64,000 nt of DNA from Lingula anatina (lineage: Eukaryota; Animalia; Brachiopoda): contig CM120641.1 of assembly GCA_051362555.1 (NCBI GenBank), forward strand, positions 17,050,001-17,114,000, given 5' to 3'. The translations under genes and the position numbers were made by a program. The notes beneath the pieces were generated by a model, which searched no databases, was not told the DNA's origin, and saw only the letters and a program-made list of their open reading frames with translations. Of the stretch, positions 12,547-25,028 are shown piece after piece (position 1 is the first letter of the stretch; each line of letters begins with the position of its first letter).

Positions 12547-15289
12547 AGAGAGCTTTCGCACCTGCACGTTTAGGCGACCGACTACATTTAGCTATCCGTA
12601 ACCGTAAAATGACCAACGTTTATTTTTTCGTGATTTCGCAGAAAGACCCGGTTAGCCTTTACGGATAGTCGAATTGAACAGTAGGCTGATACATGTTTCA
12701 CATGCTGTAAAGCCTCGGTCACAACCGGACGCACGAATTTCAGGATCGTAGGTCCCCTGCGATTTTTGGGTGTTGCGAAGGCCGTGGAGGTCGTAGAGGT
12801 AGAGGAAAGTCTGCCTTGCGAGTCGCAAGGCCCCATGAGATGTCCTTTCAGGCAGGGACGCTAATTGTAAGGAGCGATGGTCGTGGAAATTGTACTCTTA
12901 TTTTGAGTTTGTCTTGCTTCCTGTGCACGTGGCACACACTCACCACTTACGAAGGGAATGCAACGCGCGGCGAAAGAAGTGCCCTTTTGCGTCAGTTTTG
13001 CTTCACATTTGCCTCACACGTTTGTGGTGACGTACTGACGGCGTACGTCAGTTTTGCTTCCTGTTCTCCTCTCCTTTCTTCTTCCTCCTCTCTTTTTTCT
13101 ACTATGTAATTTTCTTTCTCTTGCCTTTTGGAGGCATATTAGAAACAAAATTGAGCAAGAAATTGAAATTTTTGAAAATTGCTGTACACTTTACATAGTC
13201 GATGTTCATGTAAAGACACAAGCGTTCGTCGTGAGCACGCCTTTTATACACCAGGCGTGGGGTGAGGCACGTGCGACGTATTCCCGGTGTGCTCTCGACT
13301 TTGTTCGTTAGTTGTGAGGGCGTGCGCCTTACTCAACACGCAATGGGCACTTGCTCCTTCATTGTTTGCGACGTGCGTCTTGCACAACGTGCGTCTCTCT
13401 TGCTAACTCCTTGCGAGGGGAGCAAGTTACGCTTGCGGCCTCGCTGTTCGCAGGCTATTCGTAGAAACTTTTGGACATGTCCAACATCCTCCGTACGTGC
13501 TTACGGGCTGTCTGCGAACTCGAAATTGCGTAAGAAGGTCTTGAGTGGGACGTGAGATTCTGCGCAAATTTTGGACGCAAACAGCCCGTAAGAGCCCGTA
13601 CGGCCGGTTGTGACCGAGACTTATGCAGAGACGTCAAATTAGGTCATACGCCATTGGACAGGTTAGGTAATTTTGGGATGGTCTTCAATACGCAATTTAT
13701 GGAGATCCGGCTTACCCCGTTAAAAGGTATCTGTTGAGTCCCTTCAGAGGAGCAAATTTAAGTACCGAAGAAGAAGAATTCAACAGGAGAATGTCCTCTG
13801 TGCGGGAATGCGTCGAGTGGGAGTTCGGAAACTTATTGTGATACTTTGCCTTTCTGGACTTTTGAAAGAATTAAAAAGTTCTGTTGTCTCCTGTAGCCAA
13901 GCAGTACTTGGTAGGTGGTCTTCTGGTCAACTGCCATACCTGTGTGTATGGCAATCAGATGAGTCGGAACTTTTAACTAGATCCTCCCACCTTGGAGGAC
14001 TATTTAGCATGAACTGTACACGTGTACATTGTGCGTATGGAAAATTAAAGAGTAAAATGTAAAATTCATACCGCAGGCAAATATTTATTTAAATGAAATC
14101 TTGAATAAAAAACTAATGTTTTAACAAATATTCAGCCCACGTGTATCTTGTAGGCAGCAAGAGCCTAGTATGTCAATTCAGCTTTTCTTCTTAACCAAAG
14201 ATTATGCGTAACCATCTCCATCATTTGTTTGTCTTTCTCAAATTGAGCTTCTCGCTCTTTCATTTCTAATTCAAAACGTTCTTTCTCGAAGGCCAACTTG
14301 TCTTTCAGGTAACTGACGTAATCTGCTGGTGAATCAGTACGGCGCTTCTTAGTTGCCTGCATGTTTTCGCAATTTTTAGCTGAAAAAAAAAAAAGCGGGT
14401 CACCAATCAATGCAGCGTCAGTTTTTGTTACTGATATAATAAATATTAATCGATATTTGCTATTAGAGACAATTTCATGTAAAGAAAAATGTGCTGTCTT
14501 TACTTTTATTTATAATTCATTTATTCAAATACACAAAACAGGACGCCATGTGACTTTCTAAACAAGGCTTCATAAAATTTGCATTAAAAGTCAAGGAGAC
14601 GCCCTGTCAACTTAAGGAGAAAATCGAGCTACTAATGTGCTGTCCTTACTTTTATTTATAATTCATTTATTCACATACACAAAACAAGACGCCATGTGAC
14701 TTTCTAAACAAGGCTTCATAAAATTTGCATTAAAAGTCAAGGAGACGCCCTGTCAACTAAAGGAGAAAATCGAGCTACTAGTAGTATCTTACTAAACGGC
14801 ACTTACCTTACGGATATCCTGCTTGTTATGCGTCAAGTGCAGACGCCTAGTCTACAGACCACTTATAAAGGCATGTGTACTCGTAACAACTGCTCACAAA
14901 ATGATGACCTAACAGTCTTATAATACAATCAGTCACGCTTGCGGAAGGCCACTTCTGACTGCCTTGTGGTCAGTGGAAAATGCCTTTTTTACGGGTATAA
15001 CCTATATTTCAATAGTAACAAAAACATAGACACAAATAACAGAGACAACATGTTTGACATATATTGCAAAAATAAAATGTCCAATATTATTTTAGCAGAG
15101 AAACGATCAATTTTGAAAGGCTTGATTTCATAAAATTATGCTAATTTGTCAAACCGTTTTTCATTGACGGGTAGCAATCTAGCTGCGGATAATGTTCTCT
15201 CTAACCGTATGTGTACACGTCACTAGACAGCAAAATATGATGACCTAAACGTAGTCGTTCGCCTAAACGTACTGGTGCGAAAGCTCTCT
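12547..15289. mobile_element. PIF/Harbinger-like element nested in the TA-flanked element
   Basis: ~45-bp TIR AGAGAGCTTTCGCACC..ACGTTTAGGCGA.CGACTAC.TTTAG and a 3-bp TSD AAT (12544-46 / 15290-92). The minus-strand fragment KKRRT..LAFEKERFELEMKEREAQFEK (14165-14410) resembles a Harbinger accessory-protein coiled-coil tail. Confidence 0.75.
14488..14780. repeat. Tandem duplication, 2 x 146 bp
   Basis: GTGCTGTC.TTACTTTTATTTATAATTC..GAAAATCGAGCTACTA starts at 14491 and again at 14637. Confidence 0.92.
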
Positions 15290-16436
15290 AATATTTAGCG
15301 TAATCCACGACGAACTCCATTCCTGTGACCCCTCCCCCAAAATGGGACCGTCTTCATTAACATGTAGTTTGCGCTATGCTGGAACCGACCAGATAAAACC
15401 AGTCTCTCATTTCTGCATGTGCTCAATTCTCACCTCAAATTATAAATGCACCTGTTTTGTGAAAATTATGGCAAGTAAATGCTTTTTTTACGTTCGGGTT
15501 GTATCAGTGGGGTTTTCAATATGCACCGTGGTTTGTGCACAGCGAGAGTATATAAGTAAGAAAATCGGAAGAATGCCAGCAAAATACTGTATGTCTATCG
15601 GCACAGGTACGCTCCGTATTTTGCCTTTACTCAATATGTTTTTATATGACATGCTTTTTAAATAAAATACTTAATAGTAATTTGAAGTTACACTGATTTC
15701 CGTTTGAGTACCAGTTGGTATTCTTTGGTACGGGTGATTGAATTTTCTTCGGAAGTACGTACGTCTACGCCTCGACGCTATGCAAGCCTTGCGGGTTGAA
15801 AACATCTGATCTCAGACTGGTAAAAAATATCAATTCGGTTGATTTCAGTTGTCATATTAAAATTCAAATAGGGCGTACGTAGATCATATAACTAGTTAAA
15901 GTCCACTTAAGCTACCAGTTTCAAATATAAGTGACCGGCCTTTGTTTACAACACCTGTCTCCGGGGAAATACTCGTCCAACTTGTGAAGCGCATCATGAA
16001 AGTGATCGTAGGTGAGGGAAATGTATAATTAAAAATTATAATTGTCGTCTTTTTTAATGTTAAGTAATGTTAGCACATATTGTACACAGCAAAATAAGTT
16101 TTCAGGAGGATAAAACATGCCTGAAACACATGTTAGGCGAAAATTGCGGCTTATCTTGCGTAACACTTCCGGTAAAATGCAATACTTCCGGAAAGATGGA
16201 CGTTTTGGCAGATGCCCCTAACAATCCGACGATATCAAAGGTTTCCATTTGCTGTATTTTAATCAATTCGACCAAACTGACATTTCCATGAAATTAATTA
16301 ATTAATCTTGGTCGAATTGTTTGGCATATTACCGTACAGCGTCACGTGATACTTATCAAATTGATTTTTAGCCCGAGGAAGAAGGCGTATAGGCACACAT
16401 CCTGTAAGCAAAGAACGGTGCCACACGTATGCAAAA

Positions 16437-19400
16437 ATGAACATCAGCTTTGAGGACGCTCCCGCCCGGTAGGTAATATTTTGGCTTCATTTTATTATGA
16501 TAAAATTTGAAAGTACTTTCCTTAAAATTTGCTCATCGTATGGGTCATCGGCATACAATTATGATTTGATTAAAATATGGAAGGGCCAACGAGTTGTTTG
16601 TACAGAGCGATCAGAAAAGGTGTTTTTGCAGGTTGCAATACGATGGTAACAGTTCTGTGCAAACTGCTGATATTGCATCATTCATACCTAGGGATGTTAT
16701 TTGACCTGTCCTTTTACCAAGTTTCAGTGAAGATCGAGGGCAACCTCGAGCCGCTACTCACTCGACATTTCTCCCAGCGTTTCTCGGAAATCCTCTGATT
16801 AAACCAAGGTGTTGTCTAGAATTTCACGGCTACATCTTGGTTAAATCAGTCGAGACCTCTAAAACCTCGAGACCTCTGAGACAGAGCTTTACATTCTTGG
16901 CATGAAGAGAATAGTGACTTTGCTTGCATTATACCTTGTAGACAAATTTTAAATCTTTCATACTCTTAAAATTTTGAATAAATTTTTCACGTTTAACAAT
17001 TATTCTTTATCATTTTATTACACCAAGTCATATCATATTGGTTTTGAAAACGGGATTTTTTTACATGTAAGCCACACGTGAGTACAAAAAATATTTGTAA
17101 ATATATAACTTTTTAACGATGGTTGTGTTATTTACCTTTTGTTTCTAAGCTGCCCATTCTTTCTCTTTATCAGAAATATCGGTAAAAATCAAATCTATTC
17201 CCATTTGAACTTGTAATTAGCACATGAATGTTCTGAAATTAAGCACAGCGTATTCCGAAACCGCCTCGTAGTCAAAAACATCTCAAAAACGTAGAATTAT
17301 TACTCCTTTGGACTTGTAATAAACATCCGTCTGACTTTGACTATACTCCGGAACTGCCTCGTTGTCAGAAATATCACACAAAAAAAATTAATTATTGCTC
17401 CTTTGTACTTGTGAGAAATTTATTTGACTATATTCCGGTCCGACGCTCCTTTTTTATCAGATATGTCACTAAAAAGTAGAGGTTTTGCCTTGGGACCATT
17501 GTTCCGCTGCAGTCCCAGCTGGGTGTGGCTCAGCTGAGACGTGCATGGTCAGTGTTGAACGTCCACAACAAGTATTTAGCTAAAATTGACCAAATTGGTC
17601 AGACATTAGGTAAGAATTTGGGGGGAGGTGACCAGCTCATGTGGACGAGTTTATTCCATATAACATCGCTAGAACGTGATATAAGGTCACTTATTCGGTT
17701 TTAGTAATAGATAGACCCCGAGTCAGCGAGGGTTATGTGGCATACACGAGTGGTAGCACGAGTGGATGTCACATAACCCTCGCTGACGAGGGATCTATCT
17801 TATTTAGACCACGGGTCCATTAGCGGGTTATAACGCATTCATGCGAGACGTGCGGTTATGTGAGTTACACCACGTCTGGGTCTTTTGTTTTTCACTTCCA
17901 CCGTTGTCTAAGGGGTGTTTTAGGAAGAAATGACAGTATTTTTCCTCGGTATGTATGTCAAATAATACTCTTCCCCTCTCGCGATATATGCCATGAACTC
18001 CTTTCGCTGATGTTATGGCATATATCGCTCGGGTAACGGTGTATTGTCTCACACACATCGAAATTTTGTTTTAATTTTAAAAACACCAAGTGATTGAATC
18101 TGAACATAACTCACATATCTATAATTCATACGCCTCGAAAAAGATCAAATATGTATATGTAGGCACGCGCCAGTAAAGATGTGCCCTGCAACGGTAGCTC
18201 TAACTATTCCTTTTGTGCCTGTGCCATCAATTTGAAGTAGAAGTAATCTGTCGTTTTAATTTCATAGTTTGACTATTCAGTAGGGTTACTTTTTTTTGAT
18301 TGACCACAGCGTATTGCAATTGAAAATGTTACTCCATAATACCGGTGTAGCTTCAGTACTGTCTACGAGTATTGAAATTTTGAGCTAACTTATTACAGAG
18401 TAAAATTTTGAATTAAAATTTGTTTAGCTAATTATCTAATATCAATGTTACAATTTAACCACGGTTATCATCACTTGGCAATTATAAGGTACTTCATTAA
18501 TGGGATTATTCCTTAAAAAGCGGACTTTATTGCCCATAACTCGAACAAAAGTACCTTGTTGTTTGCTAACTCGGTGCAAATAAGGTGTGAATGTTTATAG
18601 TAATTTGGTATGAAAAAAAAAATAGATTCACAATGTGATTAAATACTGACCATTTATGGTCTGATTGCACACTTATTAGACTTAAAATATGACAGTAAAA
18701 AAATTAACAAATAGAAATAAGATTATATTTAAGTCATTAACACCCAGGGTCTAATTCTTTAAGCTTTTTACTCAGTCCACTTTTTAGTAACTTAAGTAAT
18801 TAAATCAAATTACCTTAACCATTTATTTTTTAACTCGAATATCTTTTCGCAGGTCTCACATGGACGACGACCTTATTAGGTGGAGATGTAACAAACCTAA
18901 TTATGACGTTGTCAATGAACTTTATCTGAAGGAAAGATCAAAGACCCACAAACCTAACTCTGTGGAGAAGACAATTGAGAATTTAGTGAAGACCTTCGAG
19001 ATGGAGTTAACAAATAAGAAGATTCCCAAAGTAAGAAATGAAATATGGCAGACTACATAATCCTTTACTTATTGAACTATTCTTAGTAAACTATATTGAC
19101 ATTGACATTATATTATATTGACATTGACATAGTCTGACAGACATTCGTTTTTTTTCCTCAGGGGAATTTTTTGTCTCCTGTGCGCCGTGTGTGTTCTGAA
19201 TGTTTTAAATGTGTCCTGAATGTTTACATAATGTGTCAAAAAGTAAAATGAAACAAAATTAAAGATTAATGGATAAACAGTGGCCCTTACTAGACCAGTT
19301 TGATTTTTTTTTTCAAATTTCAGTTTTCAATTTTTGTCGGGTCATAAAACATAAATATAAAGAACTCAAGACGTAGAATATTGTTAATGAATAAAAAGAT

Positions 19401-22024
19401 GGAAATATTGGTATAAGCTTTATTGATTCATGTTACAATAAAAATGTGATGATATAATATATATTAAAATATTTTAAGCTGTGTGTAAATGTAGAATTTA
19501 TTCTGATTTAATTATCACACCCGCTTTACTTTCAACAGGAATGGAAGAGTATCGCATACGACGTTTTTAAAATGCAGATAAATGGTGGGAAATACTTCAG
19601 CGCAGACGAGCTTGCAGACGTCGGTAGCTACAACGCGCTTTTGGCCGATGCACCTCTGTTCAAGGCAACAGGCGAAAAGCAGGAGATCCTTCATGGGCAG
19701 TATAAAGAAGCCTTTCCTGGTGGATTTGCCTGGGAGGTGCTGGATGTCATCTCAGGTAGATACCAGTGTGTTGCCAGTGGGAGACCAGAGATGGGGTGGG
19801 AAGATTGTATGCCCTGGGTCTGCATTCATTTACCGTTGTATGGACAAGTGGTAGTTGGTACAGTTTTGTTTTATTCACTTCAGCATGTCAGTCTTTATGT
19901 CTTACCTTTGATATATTGATTGATTTTTTAATCATTATTTTCACCATATTATCATTTGGTATCCTTAGGGTCCCGAATCATAAAAAATGCCAACGCATGC
20001 CTACAGTGACCTGGACAATTTCTGTTATTCTGTCTCATAGCACTGTCAGACTAGAACAAATATGTATTTCAACAAATAGCAATGAACAAGCTTGCAATGT
20101 AAAATAACAGTGCACCCTCGTAATGTGAGACATCGGAAACAAGTCATTCTGCTAAACATGTCAGACAACGATCGAGTCACTCATTGTTTGTCTTTCCTGA
20201 AACCAGTATAGAATGCAGAACCAGCTTTTAAAGTTTCGGGAACAAGGTTATGTTGTTGGCTATGTTCAAGCAAAATTATGTAAAATTACAGGGCACCTGC
20301 GTGAAGTGGGACAACGAAAACAAGTCAGACAGCGACAGCAAGTCTGACAGCGAAAAAGGTTAAACATTGAAACAGATCAGACAACGGTTGAGTCAGCCAT
20401 TATTTTACTTTCCAAATACCAGTATGGAATGCAGAACCAGCTTATTTATCATTGTTATCATAGTATAATTTGGCAAATTGGGTGCCTTTAGGTCCTGAAT
20501 CGACAAAAATACACACTTTTTTCTCCTCAAATATCCCCCAAGGATGCCAACGCACGCATCAATAGGCCAAGACAACACAAACAGGTCAGAAAACGAAACA
20601 GGTCAGATATTGTTTGTCTTTCTAAATATTGGTATGGAATGCAGAACCAGCTTTTAAAGATTAAGAAACAGCGTTGAGTAATCAGCAATGTTTAAGCAAA
20701 CTGTGTAAAATGACAGTGCACCGGCTTGAAGTAGGAAGAAGTAAGTCAGACAGCAAAACAAGTCAGACAACGAAACAAGTCAGACAACGATAGAGTTAGT
20801 CACTGTTCGTCTCTCCAATCTAGTATGGAATGCATAACCAGCTTTTGAAGTTTCAGAAACATCGTTGGGTTGTTAGCAATGTTCAAGCAAAATTATGTAA
20901 AATAACTGTGCACCCGCGTGAAGTGAGACGGCGAAACAAGTCACACAACAAAACAAGTCAGACATCGAAACAAGTTAGAAAACACAACAAATCAGACAAC
21001 GATAGACAGTGAAACAGGTCAGACGTTGTCTCAAATTATACGTTGATCAGCCGTTGTTTGTCGTTCCTGGCACCAGTATAGAATGCTGAATCAGCGTTTA
21101 AAGTAGTTTGCACTGTACCACCATGCTATATTAACGTTTGTATGTGCAAGTAAAGTCAACCTACAATTTTCATTATTTTCATTTATAAACAACAGAATTT
21201 TTAACAGACAAGTTTATTAAAAACATTTGCACAAAGAATGACAAAGAACAATAAAAACAAGAACAGATGCATTAGCTCAGTTGCAAATACAGTAGAAATA
21301 TTCGAAGTATACAAATTCTTGAAATATCTGTAAGTTTATCAAAAACATGGATTGTGAACAAAAACTAATATTTTGTATAATAGTTGGTAATCACAATTTA
21401 CAGAAAAAAATGCTACGGGTTGTGCAACTACTTCACCTCTTCTTTTAAATGATTTTGCTATAAAGTTGGAATGGGAAATTTAATTTTTTGTTGGGACTGT
21501 TAAATAGTTTGCACAATTTACGTTTTGGAGACTTTGTATTAAGTTTTAGAATTGAGATAAAGCTGACAAAAATTATACGTTGAACAGAGATTTAGAAAGT
21601 GGCATTTGTAGTTTTGATAACAATTTGCACGGATATTTAAATGGAAATGTTCGCATATACATACACGTCAGCATTTTTGCCAGACGCAGGAATAAAAAAT
21701 CCTTTTTTATCCGTAAAGATTCCTTCTGTGTCCACGACACACCATACAACATTTGCAAAAGGTTGCATATTTTTAGGTCCGCCTGTGGTAACGTTTACTT
21801 GGCGGCACTGGGCCGAGTGGACCGGACCTTACAAGGGGGTGTTGCCCTCTGGCGAGAGGGTTGAAATGAAAGGCTGCGCCATCGCCACTGTGAACGAAAA
21901 ACCCCAGATTGAAGAGTTGAAAGTCTACTTCGATCCCAACACCATTCTGACCACCTTACTGAAGCTGAACAAAGGAACAAATGAGGGAATCGCCAGATGT
22001 CCCTTCCACAAGAATATGATGTAA
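16437..22024 (+). CDS. Pathogen-related protein-like (PRP), copy 2, 4 coding exons, 224 aa
   Basis: Exons 16437-16468, 18853-19030, 19539-19755 and 21777-22024 have the same lengths and phases as copy 1. The frame is open and carries the same motifs (NLVKTFEME, FPGGFAWEVLDVISGPPVVTFTWRHW, CPFH). Confidence 0.9.
16685..18480. mobile_element. ~1.8-kb copy-2-specific segment in PRP intron 1 with internal hairpins (unclassified; probably one or more TEs)
   Basis: Intron 1 alignment with copy 1 breaks after GATATT.CATCA and resumes at AAGGT.CTTCATTA.TGGG. Palindromes at 17709-17800 and ~17980-18030. Ends approximate. Confidence 0.5.
20105..21100 (+). repeat. Same complex minisatellite in PRP copy 2 intron 3
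   Basis: Same units, e.g. AAACAAGTCAGACAACGAAACAAGTCAGACAACG at 20756-20789. It has more long units than copy 1. Confidence 0.75.
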
Positions 22025-23290
22025 AATTGCAAAATCGAAAGAGTATTGCAAAGGTAATCGCAAGAAAGGTTTAGGTGTTTTTAACTCCTTCTAAGGCAAT
22101 TATTCAGAGTACACGACAATTATTGTTATTTATGTGGACGATTTATAAAGACAATTCGAGACTCTACCCAAATTCAATGAATAATTTAGGGTGAAATACT
22201 CCGTAACCACAGCTATGTATCTTTAACAATTTACTTCTTAATGCACCGAAGGTTGAATAAGAAATAACGGGTATTCATGGAAGAGTTTAATGCGTAAGTC
22301 TTGGTTGTTGGTTGATTTGATCTGTTAGCTCCTTCTAAGGAAAGTATTTCTACTCCCCTGCCAAAAAAGTGTCACCCCTAATTCAACATGTAAAATGATA
22401 CAGAAAATCAAGCCACAAACTAATGTTTCCATTCAACTTCCCGACTGTTTTTTTTCTCGAACTTTTGCTGATTGTACAACTAATGAATACTCGAACCAAA
22501 GTATAAAAAGTGAAAGCCCCGTTTGTAGTATTTTGTCCGGTATAATATAATCGGTGTTGATTATTTCAATGGTCAAGCTTGGTACGCTAATAATGCTCAC
22601 ATCCTCAATTTACACAATGATCAGCCGTCTAGGTACTACGCAATAGTAAAATAAAATCTACGGGTATCTTGCTAGCAATTTGCATGAATGCGGTATGTGT
22701 GACACGTACCTTTTTGGTAGGGAAGTATAGATCACAGTTGTTATTTTGTTATTTCTCTTATTACGATTGATACGCTAATCAAAAATGTGTATCTGTAACA
22801 TTTTACTTGGAATTGCGAATAATTGTTAATGTATCAGACCTAGAACTATTGGTTGAAAATAAGCAAGAAGGATATAAGTCTAGAACCTAGACTACTCCGC
22901 AATTAGAAACGGTTATTATTTCATTTTCTTTGCCGAAATGAGTCTTGTCTAACTTTATGTTAGGACTGCATTACAAGAGAATATATTTTTGATTCTTTAA
23001 GAATTGTTTTTAAAAGACACACAAGCAAACAAGTCTCACAGATTCCGAAGCAAACTCACAAAAGCTTCTCTGCATTTCTACAAACTGTTTCACGGATGAC
23101 TGAAATAAGAGTGTCAGTTTTTTTATTCCTTGACAAAAGTATATGATTTGACATTCATGGAGGCATCATTTTACACTGCGTTAGGGGTATGAATACATTA
23201 GACTAGGGAGCTTGCAACTATATCGAGGAAGTTTAAATATTCAGTTAACAACGGTATAACAATGGTAGTCCTCTAGGAACCGCACATGTA

Positions 23291-23571
23291 CAGGCCTACC
23301 CAACTACCAGACTCGGCACCGAATGATCCTGAATTCACCGGTAAATCGGACCACACTACCCGTTTTCAAGGTGTGTATCAGTACGCATTTCACAGTATCA
23401 GACGCGACACCGCTCTTGCCTAGTACGCGATGTGATAGCATTGCATCACCACTCAAAATTTGTTCATACTGTGTAATGCGATCTGACACACACCTTGAAA
23501 ACGGGTAGTGGTCTGATCTACCTGTGAATTCAGGATCATTCGGTGCCGAGTCCGGTAGTTGGGTAGGCCTG
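23291..23571. mobile_element. 281-bp palindromic MITE with CAGG termini and a 5-bp TSD
   Basis: About 105-bp inverted arms starting CAGGCCTACCCAACTACC.GACTCGGCACCGAATGATCCTGAATTCAC. ATGTA lies on both sides (23286-90, 23572-76). Confidence 0.88.
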
Positions 23572-25028
23572 ATGTAGTTCACTCCCCATTACTTTGTTCA
23601 GTTGTTTTTCGTCCTATATGCTAACCCCAATACTACGACTTACCCTAACTTTTACAAATCATGTGGGACCCCGGACTACCATTCCTAGGACTATCATTTC
23701 TGTCAAACCTTGTTTGTAATATATATATATTCAGCATGCAAAAGTGAACGAAATTTAGGAATGCTCATGGAAGCAAATATAGCGTTATTTAGATATCGGA
23801 AAATAATCGAAATTAAAGATCATTTTTTTCTGAAACTGGTGTGTTCTTTGTTAATTTTGCTAATTTTACTTTAAAATAAGGAAATGACATGACATAACAT
23901 GCCATTAAAAGAATGCCGATTTTACCGATATTTGGGTGTACACACTTACAGGAAGTTAAAGACATTGTAAAGGTTGAATAGATGAAAACTGAAAGTGACG
24001 GAAAGTACGGGCATGTGTTATCTATCCTTAGTGATCACCACAATGTTCAGAGGGTTTATTACTACCAGTCCTATGGAAGTCCGTGATACTCAGATCTCTC
24101 ACTTAGAGGCCTGGCGTATGTTCATTTTAGACTAAAATCAGTGAAAAATATCTTATATCTGTCCAAGCTAAGATAGTACAGGCCATCCTAGGTGCATCTG
24201 CAGCAGACTGTCAACAAAACGGTGAGAGATGACTTACTTGGCAGCATGAGATACAGCATAAATATCCAAAGCGTACGTTATTTTAATTGTTTTTGTTGTA
24301 AAGCAAATTACTTACACTTTCACTAATCACAGATAAAAATTAAAGCGGAATCAAATGAGTAAAAGGGACAAAGAGTTAGAGGTAGAGATGTTAGAGAGTT
24401 AGAGATGACGAAATAAAATAGCTCGAAATAGATTTTATTCGATAACGTAGAGAAATTTTAAAATGCTTTAAAGAGTATAAATAATTTTAAGAAAGAGATT
24501 TTGCTGTTACCACCAACAAAATAGCAAAGTAATCTAAAATAATGAAAATCGCGCAAATTCAGGTCGTAACGATAACTGCATTGCAACTTCATTGCACCAT
24601 ATGAGTTTTAAGCCGATGGTGTAGAAATTGTGTCATATGCGAATTCATTCCTAGAACACGATGGAGTACAAGACCGTTCTTGTAGAGATAATGGTTTCTT
24701 TTGCTTCGTAAAGAAAAAAAGTTTGAACACTACATAGAGTAAATTTAGAAGTGATTGTTTATAGTGTTTATTCATATTTATTATTAACATTATTATTGAA
24801 AATATTGAAAATAAGAAGCAGAGATAATATAATACAATGTGATACTCGACAAAACATATAAGCAAGTCAAGACTTATCCAATAATAACGGAAATCCTCCA
24901 AAAAGTTTGCAACATGTGCTTTTTATATATCCTCATTGACAGTAACAGTAAACGACCTTTTCTAGCTTCTGTGTTGACACTAATGCAAAAAACAAAATGA
25001 TTTATCTTCAGCTTCTTATAAATTTTCT

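Larger units (their letters stand above)
11690..16334. mobile_element. 4.6-kb TA-flanked DNA transposon (Tc1/mariner-pogo-like ends, non-autonomous) in the PRP copy 2 promoter
   Basis: 24-bp imperfect TIR CGGTAATGTGCCAAGCATTTCGAC / GTCGAATTGTTTGGCATATTACCG, with TA at 11688-89 and 16335-36. The flanks rejoin to match the empty site at ~2500-2570 in copy 1. Confidence 0.85.

Noticed and set aside
20105-21100. Repeat-spacer-like pattern suggesting CRISPR
   Set aside because: Eukaryotic intron with degenerate units, no unique spacers and no cas genes.
21641-21776. N-terminal extension of the 127-aa ORF
   Set aside because: Intronic read-through; the exon begins at 21777, matching copy 1.
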